Shown here one piece after another: positions 25,486-34,663 of a DNA stretch of 64,000 nt. The notes below the pieces were generated by a model. It was not told the origin of the DNA, made no database searches, and was given only the letters and a program-made list of their open reading frames with translations. The first letter of the stretch is position 1, and each line of letters opens with the position of its first letter. Made by a program: the position numbers and the translations under genes. This DNA comes from an uncultured Candidatus Saccharibacteria bacterium. Its GTDB lineage: Bacteria; Patescibacteriota; Doudnabacteria; UBA920. The stretch lies in the NCBI GenBank assembly GCA_964532425.1, contig CAZHIA010000001.1, forward strand, positions 270,846 through 334,845, written 5' to 3'.

Positions 25486-27666
25486 ATGGATCTCAGTAGT
25501 TTGAACGACAAACAGTATGAAGCGGTGACGGCCCCTCTCGGGCCGGTTTTGATCTTGGCCGGGGCAGGCAGCGGCAAGACCCGCGCTCTGGCCTACCGCA
25601 TTGCGTTTTTGTGCCATGAGCATTTAGCCGAACCCGAGCATATTTTGGCTTTAACCTTTACCAACAAAGCGGCCAAAGAGATGGCCGACCGCGTCCAAAG
25701 GATCCTGCAGGACAATCCGTGCAGCGTGCCATATATGGGTACATTCCATTCCATCTGTGCGCGCATCCTGCGGCAGGAGATTATAAAGCTCGGCTACACT
25801 AAAGGATTCACTATTTACGATAGCGATGACCAGGCCAGGGTTGTCCGAGAGATTATCCAGGAGCTGCATATCGACAAACGGTATGGCCCCAGCTTTTTCC
25901 GGGCCATGATCTCGAGCGCAAAAAACATCCTGCAGGCACCCTCGGAACTCCAGATCGGTCTGGACCCGGATACGCACAACTTGGTCCGCGAAGTGTATGT
26001 GCGCTACCAGGATTACCTGTTCCACCAGAACGCGGTGGATTTTGACGACCTGCTCATGCTCACCGTGAAGGTCTTCCAAAATTTCCCGGAGGTTCTCGAA
26101 AAGTACCGCGACCTGTTCCGTTATATCTTGGTCGACGAATATCAGGACACCAACCATGCCCAGTATGTCTTTTTATATCTCCTTGCCGAAAAAACCCATA
26201 ACCTGTTCGTAGTCGGCGATGATGCACAGAGCATTTACGGTTTCCGCGGTAGCAACATCCGAAATATTTTGAATTTCGAGCAGGATTTCCCCGAATGCAA
26301 GGTCATTAAGCTGGAACAGAACTACCGCAGTTCCAAGAATATTTTAGCCGTGGCCCAGAAGGTTATTGAGTTGAACGCCGAACAAAAACCTAAAACGCTG
26401 TGGACGCAAAATGACGAAGGTCCCAAGGTGGAACTGGTCGAATGCGAGGATGAGACAGGCGAGGCCGAGCTGATCGCAAAGAAGATCATCAAAATATCCA
26501 CACTGAAAAACGCGGATGCGGAAACTGATAAACACGGATCAGGTGAACTCGAGTATGAGCCAGAGGAGAAACCTGCGGGCGGATTTTCCATTCTCGACCA
26601 TTTTTTGAAGAAAGCCCGTACCCAGAATAAAAAAGGCGGCCCGCAATTTCCCTCGTTTCTGCCCCAGCTGCCGCGCGATCATGAGCCGCTCAGGCAGTTT
26701 GCCGTGCTATTTCGCACTCACGCTCAATCTCGCGTGCTGGAAGAAATTTTCATCCAGTCAGCCATTCCATACCAGATCATCGGGGGAGTGCGGTTCTATG
26801 AACGCAAAGAGATTAAAGATGTTATAGCCTACTTGCGCCTGGCCATGAACTATCGCGACTTGGTCTCGTTAAAGCGCGTACTGAACGAACCTGCCCGGGG
26901 TATTGGCGAGCGCAGCTATCTGCTCATTAAAGATGCAGTCATGGCCGAAAGCGTGGCTGCGAAGACGGGGAGCCGCGAGCCGCTGCCCCTGGACCGGTTT
27001 GCTGCAAAACTGAAAGACATCAAGTTTGGGCCGAAGATCGCCGCAGCAGTGGATAATTTTTTCCTGTTGCTGGGCCGAATAGCCAGTTTGGACGCTGCGG
27101 AAAACTTGGGCGCGCTCATGCGGCTCGTTATTAAGCGAACCGGCTATGAGGAGTGGGTGCGCGACGGGACCGAGACGGGCGAGGCGCGTTGGGAGAACGT
27201 GGAAGAATTGCTGACCGTGGCGGAAAAGTTCGGTGGCCGGCCATGGAAGGAAGGTCTTGAAGCGTTTTTGGAAGAGGTGGCGCTCATTACGGAGATCGAA
27301 GAGTCGCAGGAAGAACGTGACTGCGTGACACTTATGACTCTGCATTCTGCTAAAGGCTTGGAATTCGATACAGTCTTTTTAATAGGTCTTGAAGAGGGTG
27401 TGCTGCCGCATTCGCGCAGCTTGATGGAGCCGGCTGAGCTCTCCGAGGAGATTCGCCTCGCATACGTGGGGCTGACGCGCGCCCGGAAGAATTTGGTTTT
27501 GACGTATGCCCGCCGCAGGCGCGCGTTTGGCAGCCTGCAATACAACCAGCCGTCGCGCATACTGCGGGTCCTACCGCGCGATAGAGTGAATTTTAAAGGC
27601 TCGTCATATGGCTCTCCGTTCGAGCAGGAAGAAGGGGAGAATACGTATGAAGAACTGGAGTTTTAA
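25486..27666 (+). CDS. pcrA: ATP-dependent DNA helicase PcrA/UvrD
   Basis: AGAGSGKT, LVDEYQDTN, VGDDAQSIY.FRG, LEQNYRS, MTLHSAKGLEF, YVGLTRA. Confidence 0.96.
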   Translation: MDLSSLNDKQYEAVTAPLGPVLILAGAGSGKTRALAYRIAFLCHEHLAEPEHILALTFTNKAAKEMADRVQRILQDNPCSVPYMGTFHSICARILRQEIIKLGYTKGFTIYDSDDQARVVREIIQELHIDKRYGPSFFRAMISSAKNILQAPSELQIGLDPDTHNLVREVYVRYQDYLFHQNAVDFDDLLMLTVKVFQNFPEVLEKYRDLFRYILVDEYQDTNHAQYVFLYLLAEKTHNLFVVGDDAQSIYGFRGSNIRNILNFEQDFPECKVIKLEQNYRSSKNILAVAQKVIELNAEQKPKTLWTQNDEGPKVELVECEDETGEAELIAKKIIKISTLKNADAETDKHGSGELEYEPEEKPAGGFSILDHFLKKARTQNKKGGPQFPSFLPQLPRDHEPLRQFAVLFRTHAQSRVLEEIFIQSAIPYQIIGGVRFYERKEIKDVIAYLRLAMNYRDLVSLKRVLNEPARGIGERSYLLIKDAVMAESVAAKTGSREPLPLDRFAAKLKDIKFGPKIAAAVDNFFLLLGRIASLDAAENLGALMRLVIKRTGYEEWVRDGTETGEARWENVEELLTVAEKFGGRPWKEGLEAFLEEVALITEIEESQEERDCVTLMTLHSAKGLEFDTVFLIGLEEGVLPHSRSLMEPAELSEEIRLAYVGLTRARKNLVLTYARRRRAFGSLQYNQPSRILRVLPRDRVNFKGSSYGSPFEQEEGENTYEELEF

Positions 27667-27789
27667 TAGTAATCTCGAATATAACGAATATAGCGCAAAA
27701 TATGCGAATGGCTATTGGCCGTTCCAAGTAACAAAGGACGGTGTGCGGTATTCGGATATTTGTGCTTGATTCGTATATTAGAGATTACT
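27667..27789. repeat. About 122-bp hairpin/MITE-like element, copy 2
   Basis: AGTAATCTC...GAGATTACT terminal inverted repeat; homologous to 19360-19481. Confidence 0.85.
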
Positions 27790-27802
27790 CCTTGATACAT
27801 AT

Positions 27803-28720
27803 ATGAACGCTGACGGTTTAAAAGAATATTTACGAAGGTATCAGATAGCACCCAATTTTACGTACGGCCAGAATTTTCTCATTGACGATCTGGTACTGAT
27901 TGATATGGTCGAAGCTGCCGGTGTTACGAAAGGGGATGCGGTATTGGAAATCGGCCCGGGCATCGGCAATTTGACGCGCATGCTGTGCGAACATGCGGGG
28001 TTTGTGCTGAGCGTGGAGAAAGATCCGAAATTCTATCCGATTTTACGATCGATTAAGAAAGATTGTAAAAATTTTCGTTTTGAGGTGGCTGATGCGTTAA
28101 GGTATAATTTTCAGGATTTTTTCCGATCCGGATCTACAGATAGAAATCCGGATCAACGGATAACTACGGATTTGAGACATCAGCAGTTATCAGTAGATCA
28201 GGATGATATCAGTATATCCGGATCGGGTTATAAAGTAGTGGCAAATATCCCATACTACATCACCGGGAAGATCCTCCAGATGCTCTTGAATGCCAAGGAT
28301 AAGCCCACGAGCATCACGGTGCTCACGCAAAAGGAAGTGGCTCAGAACGTGACCGCTAAAACAGGCGACCTGTCTGTGCTGGCCATTTCCGTCCAGCTGT
28401 ATGGAGACCCGAAAATAGTCAAGATTGTCCCGGCAAGAAGCTTTTATCCGGCGCCGAAGGTAGACAGCGCGATTCTGCACATAGACCTGCACAGCAAACC
28501 GAAATATGAGATTGGGGATGAAAAGAAATTCTTTTCCCTGCTGAAAGCTTGTTTTGCAGGCAAGCGAAAGCAAATTCACAACACGCTGAAGAACAATTTG
28601 CGCATGACAGAGGAAGAGGTTAAGCGAGTCCTTGGCGCTACCGGTATCCGCCCTGAAGCCAGGCCGCAAGAACTTTCCATCGATGATTGGGTCAGGCTAA
28701 GCCAGAATTTAAAGATTTAA
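27803..28720 (+). CDS. rsmA: 16S rRNA adenine dimethyltransferase
   Basis: GQNFL, VLEIGPGIG, VVANIPYYIT, QKEVA, F.PAPKVDSA. Confidence 0.96.
   Translation: MNADGLKEYLRRYQIAPNFTYGQNFLIDDLVLIDMVEAAGVTKGDAVLEIGPGIGNLTRMLCEHAGFVLSVEKDPKFYPILRSIKKDCKNFRFEVADALRYNFQDFFRSGSTDRNPDQRITTDLRHQQLSVDQDDISISGSGYKVVANIPYYITGKILQMLLNAKDKPTSITVLTQKEVAQNVTAKTGDLSVLAISVQLYGDPKIVKIVPARSFYPAPKVDSAILHIDLHSKPKYEIGDEKKFFSLLKACFAGKRKQIHNTLKNNLRMTEEEVKRVLGATGIRPEARPQELSIDDWVRLSQNLKI
28123..28226. repeat. 104-bp imperfect palindrome lying in-frame inside rsmA
   Basis: CCGATCCGGAT...ATCCGGATCGG perfect 11-bp ends with further paired arms inside; encodes RSGSTDRNPDQRITTDLRHQQLSVDQDDISISGS before YKVVANIPY. Confidence 0.85.
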
Positions 28721-28740
28721 GATTAAATGATTTAAAATTT

Positions 28741-28767
28741 AAACCACTCCCGCACGGGAGTGGTTTT
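28741..28767 (+). terminator. Intrinsic terminator
   Basis: AAACCACTCCCG-ca-CGGGAGTGGTTTT. Confidence 0.75.
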
Positions 28768-28859
28768 GTATAGAGGTGGTCAAATGTCACCCTTCAACAG
28801 GTTCAGGATAACCCTGAGCGAAGCCCTGCTCAGCGGGGCGGAGTCAAATGGGCCAAAGG

Positions 28860-29348
28860 TCAATGGTTGCCCGCTGCCTGTTCGCCAATTGTCGTTCCAG
28901 CCTGGACCTCGTGCCGGTCGGACCAACCAGCATTGACTTCGAGCACTGCATCCACCGGCGCAGGCGGCGAGTATACCGGAAGCTGGCCGGTGCTGGTCTT
29001 GGGTGCAGGAATGTTTTTGGTGATACCAATAATGGTATTGTTTTTGATCCAGATCAGGTCCAGATCGAACAGCATGTCCTTCATCCAGAAGCTTGGCTCG
29101 GTGGAAGTGCCGGCACCGAAATCGAACAACATGCCCTGATCGTCGGTTAAAGGCGGCCTGCCGGAGAGTCCGTGTGCCATGTCCTGCGGAGTAGTGACGC
29201 GCTGCACATACAGAGGCGTTCTGCCTATCGTGACCCGTTCCGTGTACGGTTTTTCGGAGACCTGGTTAATGGGTTGCTGGGTTTGGCCGCATGCGGCTGC
29301 CAGGGTGAGCAGTCCGAGGATTGCACACGTTCGTTGGATGTATCGCAT
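28860..29348 (-). CDS. DUF192 domain lipoprotein
   Basis: Lipobox LAAAC; GLSGR..L..DQGMLF.F...FWMKDM.FDLDLIWI...VLEVNAG. Confidence 0.9.
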   Translation of the reverse strand: MRYIQRTCAILGLLTLAAACGQTQQPINQVSEKPYTERVTIGRTPLYVQRVTTPQDMAHGLSGRPPLTDDQGMLFDFGAGTSTEPSFWMKDMLFDLDLIWIKNNTIIGITKNIPAPKTSTGQLPVYSPPAPVDAVLEVNAGWSDRHEVQAGTTIGEQAAGNH

Positions 29349-29430
29349 GGTTTCAGTATAGGTAAAAATTTAAAATAATGCTATAATGGGGACGATGAAC
29401 GCCGGCCAGAGCCGTCGCTGATCCGATATC

Positions 29431-29925
29431 ATGGCAACCGCGAAACATAAACACAATAAGCATTTTCATTGGGGCAACCTCGTTGTTGTTTTAGTGGTGG
29501 CAGCATTTTTAGTTGTCGCTTCGTTGCTACGAACCGGAACACTCCATTTGGTTCCAGACCCCCAAGATGGTGGTATTGATTCGTATTTTACTTCGCTGGA
29601 AACCGTGCGTTCAGAGAATTATTTTTCTGATTTGGTCATTGAACCTGCAACTGGCAGCAAGCCGCAGCCTGCGGAGCAGGAACCCGTGGTTCCTGGTGCT
29701 CAGCCGATGAACGATCTGAATGTCCCCAAACAGCCGAAGCAGCCATCGGCTGCATCGACAAAGGACTCGATGCTGGTTTCGTTCACTCGAAATTTGAACA
29801 ATGCACTCCATCAGCAATTATCAGTCATGGCTCATGAGCAAGCGCAGGTTGCGGGGGCTGAGGCGAGCAAACCCATCGAACCCATCCGTGGCTGGACGCA
29901 GTATCCTATCAGGCTGGGAGAATAA
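29431..29925 (+). CDS. Hypothetical membrane-anchored protein
   Basis: N-terminal TM; TGCTATAAT promoter upstream, hairpin terminator downstream. Confidence 0.65.
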   Translation: MATAKHKHNKHFHWGNLVVVLVVAAFLVVASLLRTGTLHLVPDPQDGGIDSYFTSLETVRSENYFSDLVIEPATGSKPQPAEQEPVVPGAQPMNDLNVPKQPKQPSAASTKDSMLVSFTRNLNNALHQQLSVMAHEQAQVAGAEASKPIEPIRGWTQYPIRLGE

Positions 29926-29983
29926 CACGATTTTCAAAACCGGTACTAGCCGGTTTTATTTTATACTACTGACCTAAATAAAT

Positions 29984-30037
29984 CATGCGACATATTCCAT
30001 TTTTGTCCGGTCGGACAAAAATGGAATATGTCGCATG
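29984..30037. repeat. Palindrome family B, upstream copy
   Basis: CATGCGACATATTCCATTTTTGTCCG-gt-CGGACAAAAATGGAATATGTCGCATG, 26-bp perfect arms. Confidence 0.95.
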
Positions 30038-30091
30038 GACATGGGGGTGGAAAAAGTTTGAAAATAATTCCCTTAAACTGAGGGTAATCAT

Positions 30092-30649
30092 ATGGCAAGG
30101 AAACACAAGCGGAACAGTAAGGAGGTCAAATTGACAGTCGCTGGGCATATACTAATATATTTGCTAGTAGGAATAGATTTGTTGCCCCGGCCGTTTGAAC
30201 ATAAAACCGCCTACGTCAAAAGAATTTTTAAAGGACAAGTCGCTTACTCGGCCTATTGGTCAGCCGTACAGCGCCTTGAGCGGCTTGGTTTAGTGATTGA
30301 AAAAGAAGACGATAATGGAAATATTGTATTCGCATTGACTGAGAAGGGGAGACTCGAAGCTTTATTTGAGAAAGCGAAGATTCAGAAGCAGGAACCGTGG
30401 GATGGAAAATGGAGATTGATGATCTTTGATATTCCTGAAAAGGCCCGCCATCAGCGCAGATTATTGCGCTATTTATTGAGAAAGAATCAATTTGTTAAAT
30501 TGCAAGAAAGTGTCTTTATTAGCCCTTACGCTCTGAATGTTGAAGCGATTGCGTATTTAAAAGAAACTGGCTTGAATGTATATATTCGTCTGCTTCGCGT
30601 AGACCAAATGGATGATGATAAGGACCTTTGTAAGAAGTTTGGTTTATGA
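30092..30649 (+). CDS. PaaX-like protein: winged HTH + Cas2/VapD-like domain (paralog 2)
   Basis: LERLGLV...FALTEKG then WDGKWRLMIFDIPEKAR.QR..LR.LLRKNQFVKLQESVFISPY; clear paralog of 13250-13786. Confidence 0.87.
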   Translation: MARKHKRNSKEVKLTVAGHILIYLLVGIDLLPRPFEHKTAYVKRIFKGQVAYSAYWSAVQRLERLGLVIEKEDDNGNIVFALTEKGRLEALFEKAKIQKQEPWDGKWRLMIFDIPEKARHQRRLLRYLLRKNQFVKLQESVFISPYALNVEAIAYLKETGLNVYIRLLRVDQMDDDKDLCKKFGL

Positions 30650-30684
30650 GTTTAAAAATCATATTTGCTGCCCGAACCAGGAAC

Positions 30685-30718
30685 ATTCCATTTTTGTCCG
30701 GTCGGACAAAAATGGAAT
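30685..30718. repeat. Palindrome family B, downstream copy
   Basis: ATTCCATTTTTGTCCG-gt-CGGACAAAAATGGAAT, 16-bp perfect arms. Confidence 0.95.
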
Positions 30719-30979
30719 ATAACAAATAGAAGAGGATGAGTATGGTTTTGAAGGTTGGGTTTGGATTAGAAATGAATCGGAAATGAATGGAAAATGGTTC
30801 CCGGTTTGTAGGATGTGGTTATTGGGAAAAAATTTTGTGGACAAACGGGGTTTGTGGTATAATATTTGCAAGAAATGTAGAGCGAGTTTCGGAAATAAAG
30901 GTTCACTCTGTAAACAGCACGGAAGTGAACCTGTATTAGCTCCTCGGCTCGCTCGTCCGCAAGCGGCCGGCCTCTCTCT

Positions 30980-33900
30980 ATGTCGCTAATTAAAACAGAT
31001 CTGGTGAGATTTCCTCTTTCTAAAATAAAATCAGCCATTTTTATAGTTTTGGCCGTGTTTTCCGTGGCAATCGGAGTTGCTGCGGCGTATCCGCGTCCGG
31101 TTTTAGCCCAGACAACCGCTTCGTCCGGGCCGATTTCCGATTGGGAGCCTGTGAATATCCGCGGCAGCGAACCGGCTACGACGACGGCCGAATCGCTCGG
31201 ACAAGTGGCTGGGACTTCAACTTCGGCGAGTAGCGAGAATGGCGCCTCAGGAGCCATTAAAGGGATGATTACACTGGTCAACTTGGTCATTCGCGCAATT
31301 TTGACTTTGATCAACAAGGTGATATTCGTTATTTTCACCACCCTGATCGCACCTTTTTTGGAGGCAATGCTGTCCATTCATACGTATAGCGACAAGTTCG
31401 TATCGATCATCTACCCCGGCTGGCAGATTGTGCGAAACCTCTCAAACATGGTTTTTATCATAGCCTTGATAGCCATTGCCATGGGTACGCTGTTCCAAAT
31501 GAGCAATTACCAGTTCAGGCAGCTCTTGATCAAGCTTGTTATAGCTGCGCTTTTGGTGAACTTCAGCCTGGTCATTGGCCAAGCGGTACTTGGTCTGGCG
31601 GATACGATACAAAACCAATTTTTGCCGAATAATTCAGAAGCCATCAGGACGCTTGCGAGAGATTTAATGGAGCGCGGCACTGTTGAGATTTTTAACAACG
31701 TTCCGGTTACTACCGACCCGTTTAGCGTAGCTGCCAACTTATTGTTTATGGAAATGGTGACGCTAGGAACTTTTGCAGTGTTTGTGGCTATGGTAGCATT
31801 TTTGGCGATACGGGTTATTGCCTTATGGATATTGCTGATGGTGTCGCCGCTTGCGTATGTGGCAGGAGTGTTGCCAACGACAGCGGGATTGCGCGGCAAG
31901 TGGTGGAGCGAGTTTTTGAAATACGCTTTCTTCACTCCAATCATGGCTTTCTTTATTAACCTGGTTGCCATGATGAATAAGGCGTATGGGGGAGGCCAGC
32001 TGCTCGGGCAATTGATCAGCAACCCGGTGACCAACAGTGCGATTGCAAACTTTTTCTTGCAAATTTCCAGCAACATTTTACTCGTAGTATTTCTGTTTTA
32101 TTCGCTCAAGTGGGCTGAAGGGGCTGGTGTATTCGGTTCGGCTGCCATTAGTAAAGTTGCACAAAAAGGATTCTGGGCGCCGATGAATGTATCCAGAGCC
32201 GGGTTGAATGCCGGGTATAACAAGACCAAAGAAGGTCTGAATACGGCTCGCATGAAGGCGGCAACGGCTTTGGGTAGTCCGGGTGCCGGCGGTAAAAAGC
32301 CGAACATGTTTGCCCGTGCCGCATCGTACACGCTCGGGTATCCGGAAAGCGCCAAGGCCAAGAAGGAAGCCAAGGAGAAAAAGCTGCACGATTTGCAGCA
32401 TGACTTACAGGCGGTGCGTTCTGATGCTTTAGTGGCTTCCCAGGGCGGACATCCGCACGAGCGCCTTCATAACATTGACCACCGCAAGGACGACAAAGTT
32501 AAGGCATCGCCATTCTTCAATGGTGCAACTTCAGCGCATGGGTTTGATGCCGCGCAAGACGATCCGAAGCTTTCTAAGGTGGACCGCATGGCTGCCCAGG
32601 CTGCGGAATTTGAGAAGACCGTGGACGGGGACGATGTGGAAGGCTTCTTGAAGAGCAAGGGCTACGCGCCAACCCGCGAAGGGTATGTGCAGTTTGCCAA
32701 TGACCTAACGACCAAATATGGCTGGGACCAGGATTATGCCAAGCATTATTTGGCTAAAATGGATTCCAAGTTCAAGAAGAATAACCAGTTGAATTACGTG
32801 GGCGTGGTGGATACGGAAAGTCATAATATGGATATGGTTAGTATGACGAACATTCCGGCTCAGATTGAGGGCACTAATATGCTGGAAGGCCAGGAAGAGT
32901 TCGAGCGCATCCAAAAATTACCATTTGACCAACGGAAGGGGGCAGCAGATGCCCTCTCCGGTGATGAGCAGCAGCGCTATGCCAAGTACAAGAACTTCTT
33001 TGATGCCCAACGCAATTATGACCGCATCGACAAAGGACAAATTCAGGAGAAAGATTTGTCAGATGCGGAGCGGGCGAATATGGCAGCGTACAAGCCATAT
33101 CTCAAGATGGTCAACGGCCAGTATAAGGCCCGGGCTAAAAAAGGCACGCGTGCGCTGGTGGCCGATGTTCCGGCTAATGTGTACTATGCCAAGGATAAGT
33201 CCGGTAAGCTCATAGTGACCGATCAGGCTGCCGAGTTGTTGACGACCGGCGGCGAAGACCTCTACCGCCAGTCTGGCGCTGTCAGCGAAGCCCATAAGCT
33301 GGCGTATGACAAGATCATCCATGAAAAGGGTGGCGCTAAAAAGATGGAAGATGCCTTTACGACAGCCATCTATCGCCAGCAGCAGATGGAGGGCAAGGAT
33401 GATATTAAGTTAGCCCGCACACAGGCTCGCCAGAAAGTTACCGAGGTTTCCAAGAATTTGTATAATACTGCGATCAGTTATAGCGAAGATACGGGGACTT
33501 GGTCAGAGCCGGTTAAACTGGTTTCCCAGACCAAATCTTTGCAGGATGTGGTCAAGGAAGATACCAATTTGAACCGCCATTTTTCAGGACTGGAGCAGAA
33601 GGATGCCAATCGTGTGGTCCAGTATTACTCTTCCGGCTGGAACGAACCGGAACGGTTTAAGAGCGGTTTATCTGAGAGTATGGTAAAGATGCGTGAGGGA
33701 CTTAAAACCGATGAGGAGCGTGCTTCATTCGATAATTTGGTAGATGGAATAAAAGACCAGCAAGCACAGGCTTTTGCTGGCCGGTTCCAACCCCAGCAAC
33801 TTTCCCAGCCTGGCCGCGAAGTGGTTATGGATGGAGGACAGCTACAGGAAACGTCCCAAGCCATCCAAACTTCATTCCGCACGGTTATGGATGCTAATCC

Positions 33901-34642
33901 AAATCTGGAAATGCGCGATTATCGGGATCAAGTGGCTGACCAGTTGCGATCCAATTTAACAAATGTATCATATACGGTCAAAGAGACTGGTGAGGTGAAG
34001 ACTCTGGGAGAAGACCCTGCAGAAATGGAAAAAGTCGTCAACGTTGTCATGGCCGGAGTGGAACAGCGCGAGCCGGTAGCGGGTGCGACGGCCGCTGCCA
34101 CAACGCGTACTCAGACCACGACGCAGACTACCGCTACTCAAACTCGGGAATCAACTATTACTACTCCGCCAGGAACATTTACGAATGCGGCCCGGGATAC
34201 GGAATTGCGCCAGGAAGCTTTGCGTACTGCCAATGCATCATTTGATTCGGTTAGCCGACCCGCACCTGCCACACCTTCAACTACCACCACTACGACGACC
34301 CGTGTTGTACAAGAACCCGCAGGTGCTCCGCCTGTAACCAGGGTGGAAGTTAATACGGCCGCGACGCCTTCAGCTTCAAATCCTGTTGAGGTGAATGTTT
34401 CCGCACCTCAAACCACGACCCGGACCGCGTCCGCGCCCAGCACACCCGCAACACCTTCCCAGCCGGGCCCGTCACCCATTGTGGCACCCCCTGGTACGTT
34501 TGGCAGGCAGCGCGATGAGACGCTTCGGCAGGATGCCATGAATGCTGCGAGGCGCGGATCTGGACCGCGTTCCAACAGACCGTCTCCCGGCATGCCTGGC
34601 CAGCCTCCTGCTCCGCCAGCCGGAGGGGGAGTATCGGCTTAG
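30980..34642 (+). CDS. Large TrbL/VirB6-like membrane protein with long C-terminal extension
   Basis: GWQIVRNLSNMVFIIALIAIA...AALLVNFSL..R...LWILL..SPLAY....LP......KWW..F, a pattern typical of CPR VirB6-like proteins; upstream of PrgI/VirB4. Confidence 0.75.
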   Translation: MSLIKTDLVRFPLSKIKSAIFIVLAVFSVAIGVAAAYPRPVLAQTTASSGPISDWEPVNIRGSEPATTTAESLGQVAGTSTSASSENGASGAIKGMITLVNLVIRAILTLINKVIFVIFTTLIAPFLEAMLSIHTYSDKFVSIIYPGWQIVRNLSNMVFIIALIAIAMGTLFQMSNYQFRQLLIKLVIAALLVNFSLVIGQAVLGLADTIQNQFLPNNSEAIRTLARDLMERGTVEIFNNVPVTTDPFSVAANLLFMEMVTLGTFAVFVAMVAFLAIRVIALWILLMVSPLAYVAGVLPTTAGLRGKWWSEFLKYAFFTPIMAFFINLVAMMNKAYGGGQLLGQLISNPVTNSAIANFFLQISSNILLVVFLFYSLKWAEGAGVFGSAAISKVAQKGFWAPMNVSRAGLNAGYNKTKEGLNTARMKAATALGSPGAGGKKPNMFARAASYTLGYPESAKAKKEAKEKKLHDLQHDLQAVRSDALVASQGGHPHERLHNIDHRKDDKVKASPFFNGATSAHGFDAAQDDPKLSKVDRMAAQAAEFEKTVDGDDVEGFLKSKGYAPTREGYVQFANDLTTKYGWDQDYAKHYLAKMDSKFKKNNQLNYVGVVDTESHNMDMVSMTNIPAQIEGTNMLEGQEEFERIQKLPFDQRKGAADALSGDEQQRYAKYKNFFDAQRNYDRIDKGQIQEKDLSDAERANMAAYKPYLKMVNGQYKARAKKGTRALVADVPANVYYAKDKSGKLIVTDQAAELLTTGGEDLYRQSGAVSEAHKLAYDKIIHEKGGAKKMEDAFTTAIYRQQQMEGKDDIKLARTQARQKVTEVSKNLYNTAISYSEDTGTWSEPVKLVSQTKSLQDVVKEDTNLNRHFSGLEQKDANRVVQYYSSGWNEPERFKSGLSESMVKMREGLKTDEERASFDNLVDGIKDQQAQAFAGRFQPQQLSQPGREVVMDGGQLQETSQAIQTSFRTVMDANPNLEMRDYRDQVADQLRSNLTNVSYTVKETGEVKTLGEDPAEMEKVVNVVMAGVEQREPVAGATAAATTRTQTTTQTTATQTRESTITTPPGTFTNAARDTELRQEALRTANASFDSVSRPAPATPSTTTTTTTRVVQEPAGAPPVTRVEVNTAATPSASNPVEVNVSAPQTTTRTASAPSTPATPSQPGPSPIVAPPGTFGRQRDETLRQDAMNAARRGSGPRSNRPSPGMPGQPPAPPAGGGVSA

Positions 34643-34663
34643 TACTATAATTTTTAGGTCCAT

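Noticed and set aside
13250-30649. CRISPR-Cas system implied by two Cas2-like genes
   Set aside because: No repeat-spacer array, cas1 or effector gene in the window; the proteins carry an N-terminal wHTH as in PaaX-like proteins
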